DNA of 64,000 bases from Nemertoderma westbladi (Eukaryota; Animalia; Xenacoelomorpha). Position numbers and translations under genes: made by a program. The stretch is from contig JAUCBJ010006028.1 of assembly GCA_032718475.1 (NCBI GenBank), forward strand, positions 19,724 to 83,723, in the 5' to 3' direction. Shown here piece by piece: positions 61,352 to 64,000 of the stretch. The notes under the pieces were generated by a model that saw nothing but the letters and a program-made list of their open reading frames with translations, ran no database searches and was not told the DNA's origin. The first letter of the stretch is position 1; the number at the start of each line of letters is the position of its first letter.

Positions 61352-62549
61352 AGTAGCCAATGCAAATAGTAAATAATAAAGTGAAAATTTTTAATTGACA
61401 AATTGTATTTATTTAGATGATTAATAATCTAAAGACAATTATAAACTATTATTGCATTACTATTTAATTAAATAAACTGTCCCGTTTACTTAGGTAAAGG
61501 AAATATTGTTGTAAAGATTAAAATAACTCTACCAGAAAGAATATCCAATGAAAGTGAAACAATTTGCATGTTGGACAATGCACTAGAGAGGTAATAACTA
61601 TTATCCTGCACTGGCCACATTTATCCCTAAATATTATAAAGTTGATCAGCTTAAGAATAACCATAAAGTCATCCATCACCTTAGCTTGCCATACCTAACT
61701 AAGATACACGTTATTAATTGTAACTTTTTCATACTAACGCATCCTAATACTTTCGATTGTCAGCTTAGATTTCTAACAACATTTCGGCTTAGCTCAGCCA
61801 GTCACCGACATTCTAACATTTCGACAATCGGCATTTACAGCTTCTTGAAGCTCACAACGTCAAGTCGTATTGTTCATGGCGCATTACTTCGCTGTGAGCG
61901 TTACGTGTCGCTGTATCAGTTTATTTTATAGCGAAAATATGGTAACCGGGGCAACCTCTCCTCTTATACAATTATATTCTTAAATTGTTACTTTTTCGCT
62001 CGAATATACCCCAAAATCGGGAGAAAAAGTTTCGCCTTTTTTTCCCTAGGGAAAAAAGTAACCCATAGGATTGCATTGATTTTACTTTTTTTCCCGGCGA
62101 AAAAAGTAAAATAAAATATTTTTTGGTGGAATTTCTTAAATTTTATAACGTGTTGAAAGAGTATCGACGTAGAAAAGGTTTGCACGTAATTTGAGCAAAA
62201 TCCATTCACGCAATCAAAAGTTATTGCAAATTTAGTAGGGCCTATCTGCAAGGCGTACACCAAAACATAATTTAATATCCAATATTAGTTTTATGTAGTT
62301 AAGCGGCTTTCCAGATACGTAATAAATATTCGAGAACACTAAATTATTTAACATTGGGTAAAGCAGCATTAGGAGTAGTAGAGTTCAGTAATTTGAATCG
62401 CAGTAACTATGGAAGCAATATAGTAAAATACGACAGTTCAATAATCTATTTTGTAACGCTACTGTACTGTAGTATATTGCTCTGCTGCTCTATGGTTTAT
62501 TAAAGAATTGAGCACCAAAAAAGTACCAATAAAGTAGAATAAAATTACG

Positions 62550-62686
62550 TATTACATGGGAAAGAACGCGTAGAACATATTTTTTCAATATTATCTCGAC
62601 CCTTTATTAACCTCGCTGGGGCTCAGCTCGGTAAATAAAATGCCTCGAGAATAATGAAAAAAAGTTCCACTTTTTCCCATGTAATA
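62550..62686. mobile_element. Small hairpin/MITE-like element
   Basis: TATTACATGGGAAA (62550-62563) and TTTCCCATGTAATA (62673-62686), plus an inner inverted pair TTTTTTCAATATTATCTCGA / TCGAGAATAATGAAAAAAA. Confidence 0.55.
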
Positions 62687-64000
62687 AATAATTATTTAAA
62701 TTTCCATCAAAAATACAAAGAATATATATTTTTTTCAAATAATTTCATGAGCAATAGTTCCGCAACTTTGGAATAAATAATTGTTTAAGATTCTCTTAAT
62801 ATTTCATTCATATTTTTATTTCAGTTTCTAGCTATTCATATTAGTAATTCGTTATATTCCACATTTTTATTTATATATTTATTTATTTTAAAAATTAGGA
62901 TATATTAAAAATCGGAAATATCGAATAAACAAGTCAAGTAATTAATTATATTATAAAATTTATCCTTTAATATTTTTTTTCCTAATAATAATTAATAATA
63001 GACTAAATAAAAGATAGCGTACCGGTACCCATGTATCATAAAATTATTTTATCAAAAGTTATTTAAACAAATCCCTTTAGTAAGAAATAAATTGTATAGG
63101 GATGTATCTACCTAGCAGGTACAAGCAATATCAACAACTGTATATAAACTAACAACTACACTGTGGCCGGGCCGTGTCCCATTCCCACATTAATAAAGGA
63201 ATCCCTGGGGTGCCCTTTCCAACCAAGCCCTACTACAAGCCTGTCACACTGACAGCCCGCCTACGTAGAGTTGTCATGGCTACTCGGAGGGTGGCAGTCT
63301 TGAGGGAGATGGTTAAGGCCTTGTTCGCACTCCCTGGGGTGGCCGTCGTTACAACCGGAGGGGTATGGACTCATTGTGCCTTAGTTTCTGTGGGTAGTGC
63401 CAGCATACCGAGATGGCGTGGTGTGCGGACTACCATAGCGCTGTACCGCGCCGTACTGTGTTCAATAGGGCGTGCGAAACCACTCATGGGGTAGCGTAAT
63501 TCTCCACCACCCACATGCCGTCCTTGGGGTTGTATTACCGCTGGAAGGAAGGCCGTGATAACAGCTGAGCCTGAGAGAGCGTTACTTACATATCCTATCT
63601 AAACGGCCGTGTGTTGGCTTGGGTGAGCGATAGGGATATGTACTTAAGAAAATAAATAACTATATCAGCGATACCGGTAAACCCCACCCACCCCCATCCA
63701 CATTCCTTACCAACATTATTGGAAGGCGCGGAATGCGCGGTTTCACCCAATTTTTTTTCGTTAATAGCGCAATGTGGGTTTATGTAGTTGAACTGCTCTC
63801 TTCTACTTACCAAGGGTTGAAGAGTCAAGAGTAATAATGGGAATCGCTGTATTTATGAAAGGATTATAGTAAAATATTGCTCCCAAAATATAGCTGTAGC
63901 CTATTCAATTGACTTTAGTTTATTGTTTTTGTTAGAATAACGTGACACTGTAATCTGCTCATTTCCCTTAATTGATACGAGATATTAGTTCACCGATATG

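Noticed and set aside
63165-63215. Possible HDV-like ribozyme starting GGCCGGG
   Set aside because: The nested double-pseudoknot pairings could not be built; only a short hairpin is present.

Overview
Eukaryotic, probably invertebrate animal, genomic DNA with AT-rich introns. The window lies inside one large + strand gene, a DmX-like/Rabconnectin-3 alpha (DMXL) orthologue. I traced 25 GT-AG exons by eye (23405-57249, about 1835 codons, all phases compatible). Its 5' and 3' ends are outside the window. Three single-exon antisense genes sit in its introns: an LRR-like 550 aa ORF, a beta-tubulin and NAB. There is also a 5'-truncated RLE-type (CRE-like) non-LTR retrotransposon, a PIF/Harbinger-like non-autonomous element, small inverted-repeat elements and a tRNA-derived SINE-like head. 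About half the window is tandem repeat, including a 31-bp satellite longer than 20.8 kb. The most striking pattern is that five intronic arrays are phased exactly to DMXL splice junctions. In three of them each unit copies the splice site plus 28-29 nt of the adjacent exon, giving roughly 12-32 copies of each splice site, of which only the exon-proximal copy keeps the reading frame. Coordinates, copy numbers and homologies were read by eye; no searches were run.
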